Positions 11,701 to 22,900 of a stretch of DNA of 64,000 nt are shown here, piece after piece. The position numbers were made by a program, and so were the translations under genes. The stretch spans positions 32,985 to 96,984 of the forward strand of contig QZJF01000005.1 of assembly GCA_003599255.1 (NCBI GenBank). Direction: 5' to 3'. Numbering within the stretch: the stretch's first letter is position 1; the number at the start of each line of letters is the position of its first letter. Below the pieces are notes generated by a model, which saw nothing but the letters and a program-made list of their open reading frames with translations, made no database searches and was not told the DNA's origin. The stretch comes from a candidate division WWE3 bacterium (GTDB lineage Bacteria > Patescibacteriota > WWE3 > UBA101185 > UBA10185).

Positions 11701-13909
11701 GAAGTCCCGATCCTGCAAAAAGCACTACAGTTAGATGCCAGGCAGATGTAGGTGTAGTGGTCCAGTTAATTCTGACTCCGTTGGTTAAGAATTGAGTAAA
11801 TTCCGCAGTTCCAAGAGATGTTGTAGTTGAAGCAGTAGGGTCAATAATGTATACCGTTGCATCAGTACCGCCTCTTGCGTCGGTATTATCTGAGGTGAGA
11901 CCATTTTGTGTTTTAAATGCTGTGTACCATTCGTTTGTGGCTCCTGTAGCGGTGCCGTATGACATAGACACGCCGTCGGTTGCTGTATCGTCTACTGTTG
12001 TGGCAGTGGCAATAATCATTACGGCTTTAGGTGTGTTTCCACCTAAATTTGAATTTGTAATGTCCTGAGTTCCTCCGCCCGTGTTTGCGGTGGTTCTTGT
12101 CACTGCTATGACGGCACCCGAACCTGTACCCTCTACCCAGCCCGTGTCATAAGTTGTGTTTTCAAACGATGGGTTTTCTATCTTATTTGTAGTTGCTTCT
12201 TCGGTAAAAATGCCGTTGTGTGATGCAAAGGAATGTGAATGAACCCTGCCAAGATCGGGTGACAGTGTGTACAAATCACCGCTATCCCAATCGTTATCTG
12301 TACCTCCAGCAAGTGTGGCAGCGAGCGTGTTTGCGGTATTAGAAGTAATCACCCCATGTGACGCGTCCGTGGAATTTGAGAGAATGTATCCCACCCATTC
12401 ATTTGTTACCCACGACGCGTCGCTGTCTTCAAGAACAGATGAATTGCTCGTTCCCGTGTGGGAGCCAAATTCGGAAGGACCGTCGTGTCCAACAAATCCA
12501 ATAACGTAAACGCCGCCACTAAGTGTTGCGTGATTGTCATTGGCCGTTTCGTCAATAACTTTACCCGTCTGTCTTGAGTCATCTGCATCTTCGTCATAGT
12601 GATATAAGACATCGGTAAAAAAGTCATTGCTATGTGGAAAACCTGGTTCCACGAAATCCGATGTGTATCTAACGGTGTTTGAAATTCTAGTCTCGTCAAC
12701 TAGACCGGATAAATATGTATCCAAGGTTCCTGACGTGTTTTCTTTGGCACCAAGATAGAGCAGGGAAGCATTATCATCAATGGATGAGCCGGCTGATCCG
12801 ATTTGTACCGCGTCCTTTGTGCCGTTTACGTATAGGTCGATTGTCTGGGCGGATGCATCATAAACTCCTGCCACGTGATACCAGGCACTTTTTGTAATCG
12901 TAGTATTTGAGCCTGTTATTGTTACTACACTGGCAGATGTTCCGGCTGAAGAAACCGAGAATGCAAATTTGTTACCTGAGGTTACATACAATCTGTAGGA
13001 CCGGTCGTCGTTAGCGGTGGTCTCATCCCACTTTCCGATTATAGTCTGTTCGGCATCAAGGGCTCTGATTTTAACCCAAGTTTCAACAGTCAGGTCTCCG
13101 GTAACGGATAATGATGAACTGTCGGCAGCTGATGCGTAGTCATTAAAACCGTCAAACATAACTCCGCTTTTTAGGCCGGTGTATCTGAGAGATCCGCTCT
13201 CTGTATTTGCCGAAACGGAGCCACTGCCGTTTATACAGTCCGCTGTTCCTCTAAAAGGGCAGACAAATGTGGCAGTTGTCCCAGAAAAGTCAAATGCATC
13301 AACAGCTGTTGTAGTACGTGCACCTGCTTCTTTGTTTGAAAAGTATAAGTAATAGTCAGTTGTTGTTGAGCCGCTGTTAAGACCTGCCTGGAGCGGAAAA
13401 TATATCATTGTTGACTCACTTGTTGAACATGCACTGTTGTTTGGATATTCTAAATGGACAGACATCTCTGTGTTTGTTGAATCATTAGGTTGATACAATA
13501 CCCTGATATCGTCGCAATCCACCTGTGCTTTGCCTGAATCGTACAATTCTTTAGTATTTACTGATATTGCCACTGTTGTACTAGCTGCCAGGTTTTCCGA
13601 GCTTTGATTTGTAAGCGTAATTCTTTGTCTCTTTTCCCACTTGATGTGTCCCGGCGACCATAATGCTTCGACATCTTTTGAGTTTTTTAGCAAAATGAAG
13701 AAGAGAGGGATAAGTATAACCATTGTGCCTATGGCGAAGGGCACCAAGGGTCTTTTCCATTTTTTTATAAACTTAAAAGTTCTATCAAAAACCCCTAAAA
13801 GAAAATAACCCAGTTTGGTGACATATTTTGTAACCGGTCTTAGAAAAAAAAGGAATTTCGACGAAGTCCTTTTTAATATTTTTCTTATCTTTTCTTTGCT
13901 TTTTGCCAT
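5771..13909 (-). CDS. Giant surface protein, 2712 aa: basic N-tail, TM anchor, DUF2341-like domain, phage-spike-like CBM with insert, about 8 LamG/ConA-like domains
   Basis: Lys-rich N-terminus, TM LVPFAIGTMVILIPLFFILL, WEKRQRITLTN...CDDIRVLY, repeated W(K/H)(F/M)DEG...FDGTDDY...WHHV...DEV(R/K)IYN units. Confidence 0.8.
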   Translation of the reverse strand: MAKSKEKIRKILKRTSSKFLFFLRPVTKYVTKLGYFLLGVFDRTFKFIKKWKRPLVPFAIGTMVILIPLFFILLKNSKDVEALWSPGHIKWEKRQRITLTNQSSENLAASTTVAISVNTKELYDSGKAQVDCDDIRVLYQPNDSTNTEMSVHLEYPNNSACSTSESTMIYFPLQAGLNSGSTTTDYYLYFSNKEAGARTTTAVDAFDFSGTTATFVCPFRGTADCINGSGSVSANTESGSLRYTGLKSGVMFDGFNDYASAADSSSLSVTGDLTVETWVKIRALDAEQTIIGKWDETTANDDRSYRLYVTSGNKFAFSVSSAGTSASVVTITGSNTTITKSAWYHVAGVYDASAQTIDLYVNGTKDAVQIGSAGSSIDDNASLLYLGAKENTSGTLDTYLSGLVDETRISNTVRYTSDFVEPGFPHSNDFFTDVLYHYDEDADDSRQTGKVIDETANDNHATLSGGVYVIGFVGHDGPSEFGSHTGTSNSSVLEDSDASWVTNEWVGYILSNSTDASHGVITSNTANTLAATLAGGTDNDWDSGDLYTLSPDLGRVHSHSFASHNGIFTEEATTNKIENPSFENTTYDTGWVEGTGSGAVIAVTRTTANTGGGTQDITNSNLGGNTPKAVMIIATATTVDDTATDGVSMSYGTATGATNEWYTAFKTQNGLTSDNTDARGGTDATVYIIDPTASTTTSLGTAEFTQFLTNGVRINWTTTPTSAWHLTVVLFAGSGLQAYAGTQGLGTTQDSAFDITAPGFQPDIIFGTNGTVGSTQFYLSSFGVATYNGSTITQHALANRFTYISSQGAPATRYIDTGIVGGAQVNGNLVWYGELSAFDSSGFTITTRSGGASNATFFYLALDVSSSSSWVGTHTTPTSTGNYAETAPGFTPQFVFQVENMTEAVNTPYADGNAGAFGFSVFDPNESYSNNWAYEDGVSPVNAQTLSDDQAVNLPNDDGTTGITGTFVSMDTASGWTTNYTNVAASGKKFLAAAIESPEYLTKTIETSAPYVKFGSRSTKIVAAGSATSLVHSTNAGNTNTHTFSFYVYRGTAGNVGGTIDNTVAQAVWQGTAQSSTTYENVGGGWWRLSYTGTGTASAADYGVWLPDGETLYVDGFVLEEKSAPTTYADGSLGTGYTWSGTINESSSSRAAADLDYTTSTNIDDAAGSISVWINPEWDGDDGVEHTILDADTSAGTLKLYKTTGNNIAITDGTNSATSSTASWTKHGWHHIVATWSAGTGLDIYVDSAAGTGGSFSAPTLSAGNFYLGQDKTNAAHSNTHISDLRIYDDALSQAEVTDTYHAGLVSFEVQYEVDYFPAGKGQKPVATWHFDEGYGSIAHDSTTYENDLTISGATWQRTNISQTGITALSLLFDGTDDYLYRDADSDFNFGTTSFTISGWFRHPSTVSGTDTILARYGTSGYKIYMNSSGYVCFAVDDDSTWSPDDEVCTTSTYGSYADSTWHHFSAVKSGTSTIYIYMDGVLINSKTSIVSTGTMDSNSNLYVGIDSDATSNPWAGTLDELVFYPYERTADQIATDLLGTQAGVNFGNINNDVATDGLVGYWKMNESAADSCTGGVNDSCDSSGNNHDGAWAGNVGATSGKHGRGTSNDGTGDYISVTQTSALNFGDDFTVSLWMNTTTNNTNIVNDSFISKDLGGCGSGVSDWFANVRSGNVYFWTSGSACTTAISATDVNDGVWHHVVLTREKSTGSHRIYIDGLLDNEAFGNTGSVANTTDLIIGSLSASTSDTFLGNLDEVRVYNRLLSQREVNQLYLWAPGPVGHWKMDEGTGATAYDSSGNSNTGTLNGTPSWINGKFGNALDLNGSTDYINVGSGSTIDSVYYTNGTVSAWVKLDDFGDTNSRAILGAGAGTWYTDQSGDNMRIDFTYDRATVSGEWTTGYNIPKETWTHISVSYDASSTSNDPSIYINGVKQSITENQTPSGAATDGSGSDIYIGRANTTYVPGAVDEVKIYNYDRTSTQVIEDMNAGHPVPGSPVGSAIAYWKFDEGTGNLAYDESINSADLNLNNLASGSYWTNEGKFGKAYNVAGIYKAVSTSGIFSFGTGSFTINMWVKSSSSTAPASIEYLAGRGCVAGSKGYVLYFNTSGQLVFGIDDDTTCNPDDTATTSRNFYDNQWHMVTAVKTLTSRIDIYVDGVLQNSDTTISATTSLDGATNLIIGDLDATDNGDEFNGNIDETAFYDTALTSDQIKLLFNRAKSASWGAVSTDAAGSPSYSDSRSMCVPGSSDTCSAPISHWPLDDNTGTTASNIAQEHSGNENGTLQTGTSWTVGKIGAAVEFDGSSGYISTADLDDLDGVSQFTVSAWVKQNSLTDLATVFSKTQNSTARTIMQAGSGAVGSGNNDVVLYLSNGSAAYGYTTGDILTTDTWNLWTMVYDGSLATSSRLKFYLNGKEQALTLSGTIPATTSSNAVTVLLGAQAASTNLLNGTLDDVRIYNYPRTAAQIAWEYNRGAPVAEFKLDECSGDIANDTSRTSNNESGGNNGTITIGGSGSHSSAGTCSGSASDAWYNGASGKRNGSLAFDGTDDYVSVTDNSVFDITTKGSITAWINPTVLEYASIIGKWVAGGNQVSYSVDINPFGGVAILLDDNGAPFTGTSCTVTTTTTPLVVGNWHHVAFTYDASTPIVYIDGRAQFTSVSGTCPSSIFDSTSPFTIGALNTTQNFFNGLVDEVKVYNYPLTADQIRTDFNAGSVNFGY

Positions 13910-13965
13910 TATATAAATTCTAATTTACTGTTTTGTTTAATCCACTAATCCCTGCTGTAGTTCGG

Positions 13966-16900
13966 TTAGTCAAACCTTACGGCTCCGTAATTTATGATAT
14001 CTCTAATTTGCTCCACGGTTAGTGCATAATTAAACACTCTTATATCGTCAACTTGACCATTCGTTCCGTTTGCGGCTGCCGGATTGGAAACCGCAAATAC
14101 TTCTGAGTTGCTAAGATCTTCTAGAGATGTGTCCGAGTAAGAATTATCCAAGCTTCCGTCGACGTATATAAAGTGTCTTGAGGTATCTCTTCCGAATACG
14201 ATGTGATGCCAGTTTCCATCCGCCAAATTCGCTCTGACCTGGGTGTCGACTATGCCGGCAACCGGCTCATCCATTCTTAAAAACCATCCGGATGTGGGAG
14301 TCCTTCGAAATTCATACCCGGCAGCAGCCGCGCCTCTTTTTGAAATCAGGAACTGAGTAGTGTCAGTATCATCGGCTTTCATCCAAAACGATATTGAGAA
14401 AGTTTGGTCTGCGCCAAAGTCAAATATGCCGCTGGACGGATCACCCATGGTTACGTAATCATCATCCCCGTCAAAACCTAGTGATGAGTTTATTTTTCCA
14501 GAGGTGCCATCATTCCACATTTCAGTAGAAGTTCCGGATCCGCAGGTACCCGCGGAAGTATTGCCACTGGCGCCGGGTGTAATTGTACCGTTGTTGCCAT
14601 TTCCACTAGAGTCATATGCAGTTGTTCCCGAACATTCGTCAAATTTCCACCAACCTATCGGGCTGCCCTTGTTATATTCCCACGCGACCTGGGCAGGGGA
14701 ACGCGCGTAATCATAAAGTGTGACGTTATCAATTATCCCGTTCCAGTAGAAAGTGGAATTTTGTTGACCTATTCTTGACTCTGCGGACCCTCCATTTAGA
14801 CTGTTTGTTGCGGAGAAATCTGTGTCACTTGCGAGTAATTTTCCGTCAATATAGAGACTTACCGTAGTTCCACTAAATACAAGTGTGGCCATGTGCATTT
14901 TTCCGTCACTAAGACTTGTCGTAGTGTCAGTTAGGGTCTGAGCGGCCCCTCCGGAATCACGATAATCTACGCTTAAATACCGGCCGGAGTTTCTGGTTCC
15001 AAAGCCGAATCTTACATCTGAATTTGATGTTCCGGTCAGCACAAACAGTCTGCTTATGCCCGTACCTATTGAGTTATCTTTTAGCCAAAAGTTAAGAGTT
15101 GCTGCTGTATCGGTAGAGACGTAAAAGTTGCTTGATGTGCCTACATTTATATAATCACTGGAACCGTCTAAAAGTAGGCAACTGCCGGATTTACATGAGC
15201 CTGCATGACTCCATGAAGGATCGCTCGAATCAGAACCGGAAGTTGTACCAAGAGTTCCGTTATTACCACTACCGCTTGTGTCATAGGGAACTTGTCCCGT
15301 CTTTTCATCAAATTTCCACTCAGCAATTGGAGAGGTACAAGCCGACCCCTGACCCGGAGGACAGTACTCATTAGCAGACGACCATGTTGGATTGTTAGAT
15401 GAGTTGGTTCCGGTTGACCCAAAGACGGATACCATGCCTGCGTTGTGGGAAGTTTTTACCTGATCATCTGTCAGTGCAAATTTATATATCTTTGTTGAGT
15501 CGAGAAAACCGTCATAAAAATCACCTGTCACTGTAGTTTTATATGCGCCCAGGGTATCGTAAGCAGTGGTCAGGGTGCCCGCAGTGTAAAGTGTGTTTGT
15601 AAATGTAACGGACTGCGTTGTGGATAATATTCCGTCAACATAAATTTTTATTTGGTCGTTTTGAAAGTCCAATATACCAACGATATGGTGCCATTCAGTT
15701 GGATCCGAAAGGGCAGCAGTAGCTGTTTCCAAAGTTTCAGCAGCAACGCTTCTTCCTGCCACTTCTACACTGTTATCTCCATAAACACTAAGCAAAGCAC
15801 CGGAATTTCCGTCAGCCACATGAAGGCTTATCATACGTCCTCTGGAAGTCCCACCGGGATATGTCTGTGGTTTCATCCATGTTTCAAGTGTAATTGCAGA
15901 GGCTCCGTCTAGCTCGGTGGTTACGGCTCCTACTCCAAAATCAACAATAGAGTCCGAACCGTTAAAGGATAGAGCTTTGCCAAACTTTCCGCTATTTGAC
16001 CATGTAGCAGATGTGATTGTACCGTCCAGATCCGCTCCGCCGTTTCCTGAGTTATGTGCTGTACTGCCGTAACCCTCATCAAGTTTCCAATGCCCTAAAG
16101 CCGAACCTACAGGAGATCCTGGAGCAGGGTGTCCTGCGTTCATATCTTCTATTATCTGAGCACGTGTACGAGCGTAGTTGTATATCCGCACATCGTCAAT
16201 TCCACCATTTTGCATTTCCGATGATGTATCCTCTTCGCCAATGGTTATGTTATCCGAGTTAGACGCATCAGTTGTGGAAATTGATGTATCTGAGCCGTAG
16301 AGTATCCCGTCCACATAAAGATACAACCCTGCCAAGCCCGTTTTGTCACCGTCTCTATCTAAGACACATGCGATATGATGCCATTGACCGTCGTTAATAC
16401 CGGCACCTATATTGTTAGCCGTATCAAAGTTTGTTCCGTCCCCGATATAACAGTTGACTGCGCCCGCACCTCCGCCCTCGGTGTAATAGACCGTATATCC
16501 CGGTGCGTTCAATGCATCAGAGAAGCCCTTGTTTATTAGCTTTGTGCCGGCCTCGCTTTGTGTGATACGTGTCCATAATGTGTATGTGAAATCACTAGTA
16601 TCGGTTAAATCCAATAAGCCACTGGCCGGATCGGATATTGTGGTTACATCTTGAGCACCGTCCTGTGATGCCAGCATCGCAGACCCATACTTACCGAGCC
16701 CCCATCCGCTATTTGATAAAGTTCCGTTGTTCCCGTTTCCGGATGTGTCATATACTGTTGTGCCGGTATTTTCGTTAAAATTCCAGTATCCCGCGGGACC
16801 GGGTGTCCAAGCATAAAGATTCTCCACCTCATCATGGCTAACGGGTCTGTTGTATATTCTCACTTCGTCAATTTTTCCGTCAAATCTTTCGTCCTGACCC

Positions 16901-19900
16901 AGATTACTATTGCTTGAACCGTAGGATTTTCCAAAAATAAGATCCAGAGAAGAGTTATTTAACGTTAAACTTGTATCAACTGAGCTTTCTAGGATTCCGT
17001 TGATGTACAAACTTAATTTATAACCGTCATATGTGATTAGGGTGTGGTACCAGGTACCAGAGGTAAAGCTATCAGTTGTGGAAGAAATTATTTTGGTTAC
17101 ATCGGTGCCATATCTGAGAAAATGATCGTTTGAAGCTACGCCGCAAATATTGGCAACGTTGGTTGTAATTAACAGATCACCTTTCCACGATGAAATACTG
17201 TTGCTGCCATTATCGCTTGAGAAAGTACAGCCGATTGGATTGGTGAAGCTTGTACCGTCCCACATTGCGGTGCCGTCTGCCGTAGTATCTCCGCCCGCAT
17301 CTGAAAATCGACCGGTCAGCCATAACTTTCCCTGATGTACAGACATCTCCACTACATCTGGGCCTGATCCGGTTAGGGCAGCCTGTGCTCCTGTAGGCCA
17401 GCTCCATGAAGAACCGTTCCACATTGCAATGTAATTCGCATCTGCATCACCTCCGGCACTTGTAAATGTTCCCCCTGCATACAAGTTCCCGTCCCATGCT
17501 ATCATGGTTGTTACATCATTAGACAGTCCCATGCCTGTAGGCCACTCCCATGATGTTCCGTTCCATTTTGCAATTCTATCCGCATCTGCATCGCCTCCGG
17601 CATTAACAAATTTTCCTCCCACATATAACTCGCCTTTCCACGTAGCCAGATCATTTACTGTTTGGTTATTACCCAGGGTTTGTCCCGTGGGCCAGCTCCA
17701 GCTTGAACCGTCCCACTTTGCAATATAATCGGCATCAGCGTCACCGCCGGCATTTGTGAAATCACCCCCGGCATATAACTCATTATTCCAAACTATTAGA
17801 GCATTAACACTTGCGTTTAGTCCCATGCCGGTGGGCCATTCCCATGAGGTTCCGTTCCATTTTGCAATTCTATCCCCGTCAGTGTCCCCGCCGGCATCTA
17901 TAAAACTTCCGGCCGCGTATAATTCACCGTTCCATAATATTAAACTTCTGACATAACTGCTTAAGCTCTGCCCGGCGGGCCAGCTCCAGCTTGAACCGTC
18001 CCACTTTGCAATATTATCGGCATCTGTATTACCTCCGTAATCATCAAAAGATCCCCCAATGTACAAATTGCCTCCGAATTCTTGAGTGACATACACGTTA
18101 TCATAATCGAAGTCCGTGCTAGTTGCCCCTTCTACCAGAGTAAGAGATTTTGCTGAATCATCGTTGACAACAAACTTTATCTTACCGTCTGAATGATCTA
18201 AATAAAGTCTATAATCTCCCTTATCTAGAATGGTCTGAGGAAAATTACTGGAGCCGCTAAACGTACTGTCAGGATTTATCCATGCTGATATGGTGAATTG
18301 GTTAGTGGGGGATAGGCTTCCGTCATGAGGGATTGCAAGATAATCGTCAGCCCCGTCAATATCTCCCGCTTGACCGAATTTTCCTGTGGTTGTGGTGGTG
18401 ACTGCCGTACCTCCGCTGTCCATGGAGGATGTGCCGTCATTTGAATTAATTGAAGAGTCAGTGACCTCTCCCGATGTTCCGTTCCACGAACTTGAGTCCA
18501 TTTTCCAGTATCCGGTGAGACCGTGGGTTAAAGTATCAAAAGCCTGTGCTCCATATAGTTGTGCAATTTGTGATCCTAAATAGTCTTCCTTTACCTGCGA
18601 TTCATCTCTTGCATATGGATAAAAAACAATTTCATCGAGTTGGCCGGTCCAGAAATCAGAGCCATTTGAATCGGATCCCACGTATAAAGCGGATGTATTG
18701 CTCAACGTTCCGGTATTTCCTATTGTGGAATCAGTGGTTTTAAGATACCCGTCAATATAGATTTTTATTGATGTAGTAGCATCTTTTACGGCTTCAAAGT
18801 GGTGCCATTTAGAGTCCGCAAACGACTCAGTTGAACAGGCGATATCTCCGTCAAAGGTGGAATCTTGATCAATCCCAAAACATATTAACCCCCCGGCATT
18901 CATATACACCTTGTAACCTGCTTCGTTGTATTTTGAAACAATGGTATCCGTCCCGGATATTGTAGATGAATGCCTAAACCAGCCGGATATTGAAAATGAA
19001 CCGGTACCGAAATTCATTTCTTTGGATATTTGGGCCGAGGCGGATGCGTAGTCGTCTGTGCCGTCAAAGCTTAAATTTCTAGTTAATCTGCTGTACGCAT
19101 TTGCCGATTGTGTGCTCCATGTCGCTCCCGAAATTGTTAAGTCATTAGCATAAGTGGAGGAGTCGTGTGCCGTTGAACCATAACTCTCGTCGAAGTGGTA
19201 TATACCTACGGGGTTCTGTCCTTTATCGGTATCAAAAGCATCGGTTTCGTATGTACCGGAGTGGGAGACAAGACCGGCGTAGTAGAGGTCTGCCACTTCC
19301 GTGGCTGTAAGGGCAGAGTCTGTAATTCTGAAATCTGAAATAGAACCTCCGGCTTGAGTACCACCTCCATTTCCAATTTCAAAAGTGGAGGCATCCGGTG
19401 CAAAGGTCCAACTTTGCCCGGAACTGCCGGCAGTACCAGCCGCCGCATCAACATATAATTGGCACCCGTCGGCACCAGCTGAATTAGTCGTATATGTAAG
19501 TGTGATCATATGCCATTCATCTTCGTCTATGGACGGAGAAGGGTGATTTCCACAACTGCGGCTAGTTCCGCCATCGGTATAAAATTCTACGCGTAAATCA
19601 GGGTCTGTTGCATTTTGTAAGTACATATATATGTAATCTTGTGCCCCGAACCCGTCCCATTTAAACAATCTTGCATTTTGCTGTAAGTCTTGGTATTCAC
19701 GTTTATACCAAAAGGAAATAGTGCCATTTGTTGAAATGTTTCCGGAAGAGTTATATTGAATGTTTGTCCCGGTTCTTGTACTGCATTGTGTGTTCTGATC
19801 TCCTGTTTCATCTTCTCCTGCATCCAGAGTTCCATCGCAATCGTCATCCCAGAAGTAAGTGTCGGATCCTCCCGAGTCAGACTCCAAAGAACCATCAGCG

Positions 19901-22900
19901 TAAGTTGTTGTATAGGATTTGGCCTCCAACTGAAACCCATCCACATAAACCGTTTTTCCGCTTAATACATACAATCCATAAGTGTTTGAGGTGTCCGTTG
20001 TTGTGCCGGAGTAGGTGAGTCTCCACCAGCCCCCGCCCATGTCCGTGTAGGTTGTTGAGGATTGGTTTACACCCTCCCAGACAAGTTGTGCGACTGTGTT
20101 GTTTACTGTTCCTCCCACGTTTCCACTGGTGCCCTCGTATACATAAGCGGATATGGTATGCGATGATGCAGCGTTGGGGTCGATTGGAATATTAAAGTAC
20201 CCATTGCCACCACTGGCTGCCAAGGTTGCACTTTTTGCGCCGAATTTATAATAAGGAGCGGAAGAGTTTTCGGTTGCAGTTATGTCGGGTCCAAGTACCT
20301 GTGCCCATTTTATAATCCAGTTATGGGTGGTTCCGTCTACCCAAGTCAGGTAAATTCGTCCCGAGTCGCCGTAATTTGAGGAAAGCTCAGCATTGCTTTG
20401 TGAAGTGAGTCCTGTCTGAATGTTTGTTGTGGCCGCCCAGTCGCTAAGGGTAGAGCATTCCGAAGCTGCTGCAGATACATCGCATGTTGAATACATAACT
20501 GTATTTGTGTTCCAGTCATACCAGTGTCCGTACAAATCACCCGTGGAAGTATCTATCGAAATACTGGGATCCACCGCCTGGTCTCCCAGGTCCACGGCTG
20601 TCTGCCAGGTACCGTTTGTTCCTGTCCCATTGTCCCATCTGAAATATTGTGGTCCGGATGAATGCCCAACCAATAAGTGAACATCGTAGTTTGTTGTGTC
20701 GGAAACTGCTGAGGCAGGATAGCCTGTCCCTGCCGCTAGTATCAAGTCTTGATTGACACCGTTTGTACAGTCGTTGCCGCCGGAATCTTCCCATCTCCCG
20801 TCAGTTTGTGAGTCATAGAAACATCCATATGCAACAGTGCCTTCATAGTACACCGCATACACATCCCCGGAGTTTAAAGGCACTATCATGTTGACTGAAG
20901 TTACAGTACTTGTTCCTGTTCCGATATTTACAGAGGAGTTCCAAGTACTTGGGTCGTTGGTGTTCGTGCTACGTACAGCATATATGTCCATGTTACCGCC
21001 CGTGTACTCGTTGGCCGTTGCCCATAGATAATTATTTGAGTCTCTTGTAATATAGGGGCCATACCATGTGTTAGCCGTATCAAAGACTGTGTATTCGGTG
21101 CCCCATGTGAAGTTTGACCCGGGATATGACGTAGCACTTCTGGCCATAATATTTCCTCCTGTTTTGTACACAATGAACAGATTGCTCGAGTCCCCGTAAA
21201 CCGAATAATCCTGAACATTTGAGGTTAGCGCGGCTCCTGTGTTTTGCGTCCAGTTGATTCCATCCGAAGAATAAAAAAACAAGACATCACCATTACCGTA
21301 GTCATAATAGCCTGTCCAGTATCTTGTACCATCAAACCAGGTTTTTCTTTGGAAGCTCGAGCCGTTAGACTGTGTTCCAGCTGATGTTAAATTTTGTACT
21401 TCAAGATTTCCCTGGGCGTCCCAGTTGTTATTAAAAGTACTGTATTCAAATGAAGGGTTTGTGACTTTGTTTGTTGTACCTTCCTCGAGGAATATGCCCT
21501 CGTGTCCTGCATATGAGTTTCCGCCTCCGGCTTTTCCTGTCGTAGTAGAGTTGTTATCAACACCGATTAATCCGGCCACATACTTTGCTCCCGTAATCGT
21601 GCCGTGGTTAGCATTGCCTGAGTCATCAATAACCTTGCCTGTGTTTCTGGGGTCATCTCCGTTTTCGTCCAGATGGAGAAGTAGTTTCGTATACTCATCA
21701 CGAACAAAAGGGGACGTAGGAGGAGTGAAGCTTGAAGTGTATCGCACAATGTTAGATACTCTGATCTCATCCATATAGCCATGGTAATCGCGGACTTGGT
21801 TGTGTGAATTTCCAATATATAAATTGTAAGCTGCATCAGAATTTCTTGAACCCACGGCATCTTGCTTACTAGTGTAGGACACTTCAGTACCCCCAACGTA
21901 GACATGTACATTATCTGATTCTGTTGTTCCATCCCATGTTACTGTAATGTGCTGCCATGTCTCGTAGCTAATTGCGTTGCTAGCAGAAGTAACATTTAAG
22001 TCGGTTGTTGAATAGCCTACATTGAAGATCAATTGTTTAACTGAACTAATATATAATTGAATGTTATTGTTGTTAGGTGTGGCAAAGTTATCTCCTTTTA
22101 GAAATAATCGCGGTGAGCTGCTAGATCCCAAACCGTGTATATAAAACCAACCTTCAAATGTAAAGGGACCCAGATCGTCGATCGTACTTCCGGACCCGCC
22201 ATCAATATAATCGTCAGATCCGTCAAAACTAAGTGCACTCTTTTCTCCGGTATATCTGATTGCCCCGGTTTCAGTTGACGGAGTCTCGCCGGCTGCGCAT
22301 GTAGTGGTGCCATCAAATGAACATACAAGCAGAGCGTCTTTTGATGATATGTCAAACGCGTCATCCGCGCCCGATGGAGTTGCGGCGTTTTGATTATCGT
22401 AATACATGTAATACGTAGTGGCTGTTGAACCGTCGCTTAATGCCGATTGAAGTTTAAAGTAAACTTTGCTGGCTTCTGACGTTCCGCATGTACCCCCACC
22501 TGGATATGAAATGTATCTGTCCAGCTCTGTAGCGGTAGATCCTGATTGAAAAACAACGCGCAAATCGTCACAATCTGTCTGCAATTTTCCCTGATTGACA
22601 AGTTCTTTTGTATTAATCGTTACCGCAATTGTAGTCTCAGTTGCCAGACTGTCCCCACTATTGTTAGTGATATTCAATTGTTGCCTTTTGAGCCAGCCGG
22701 TACCGGATTCCTGATTTTGCCACCAGTCAGCTTGTACGTTACGGGCATTCCTGATTAAAAATATAAAAACGGGAATAAGGATTATGATCAGTCCCAGAAA
22801 GAAGGGGAGTAGAAGCTTTTTGGTGCGATTCAATACTCTTAACTTACTGAAAATCTTTTGAGCCGCAATTTTTAGCGGATTTAATAATTTTATTAAAAAT

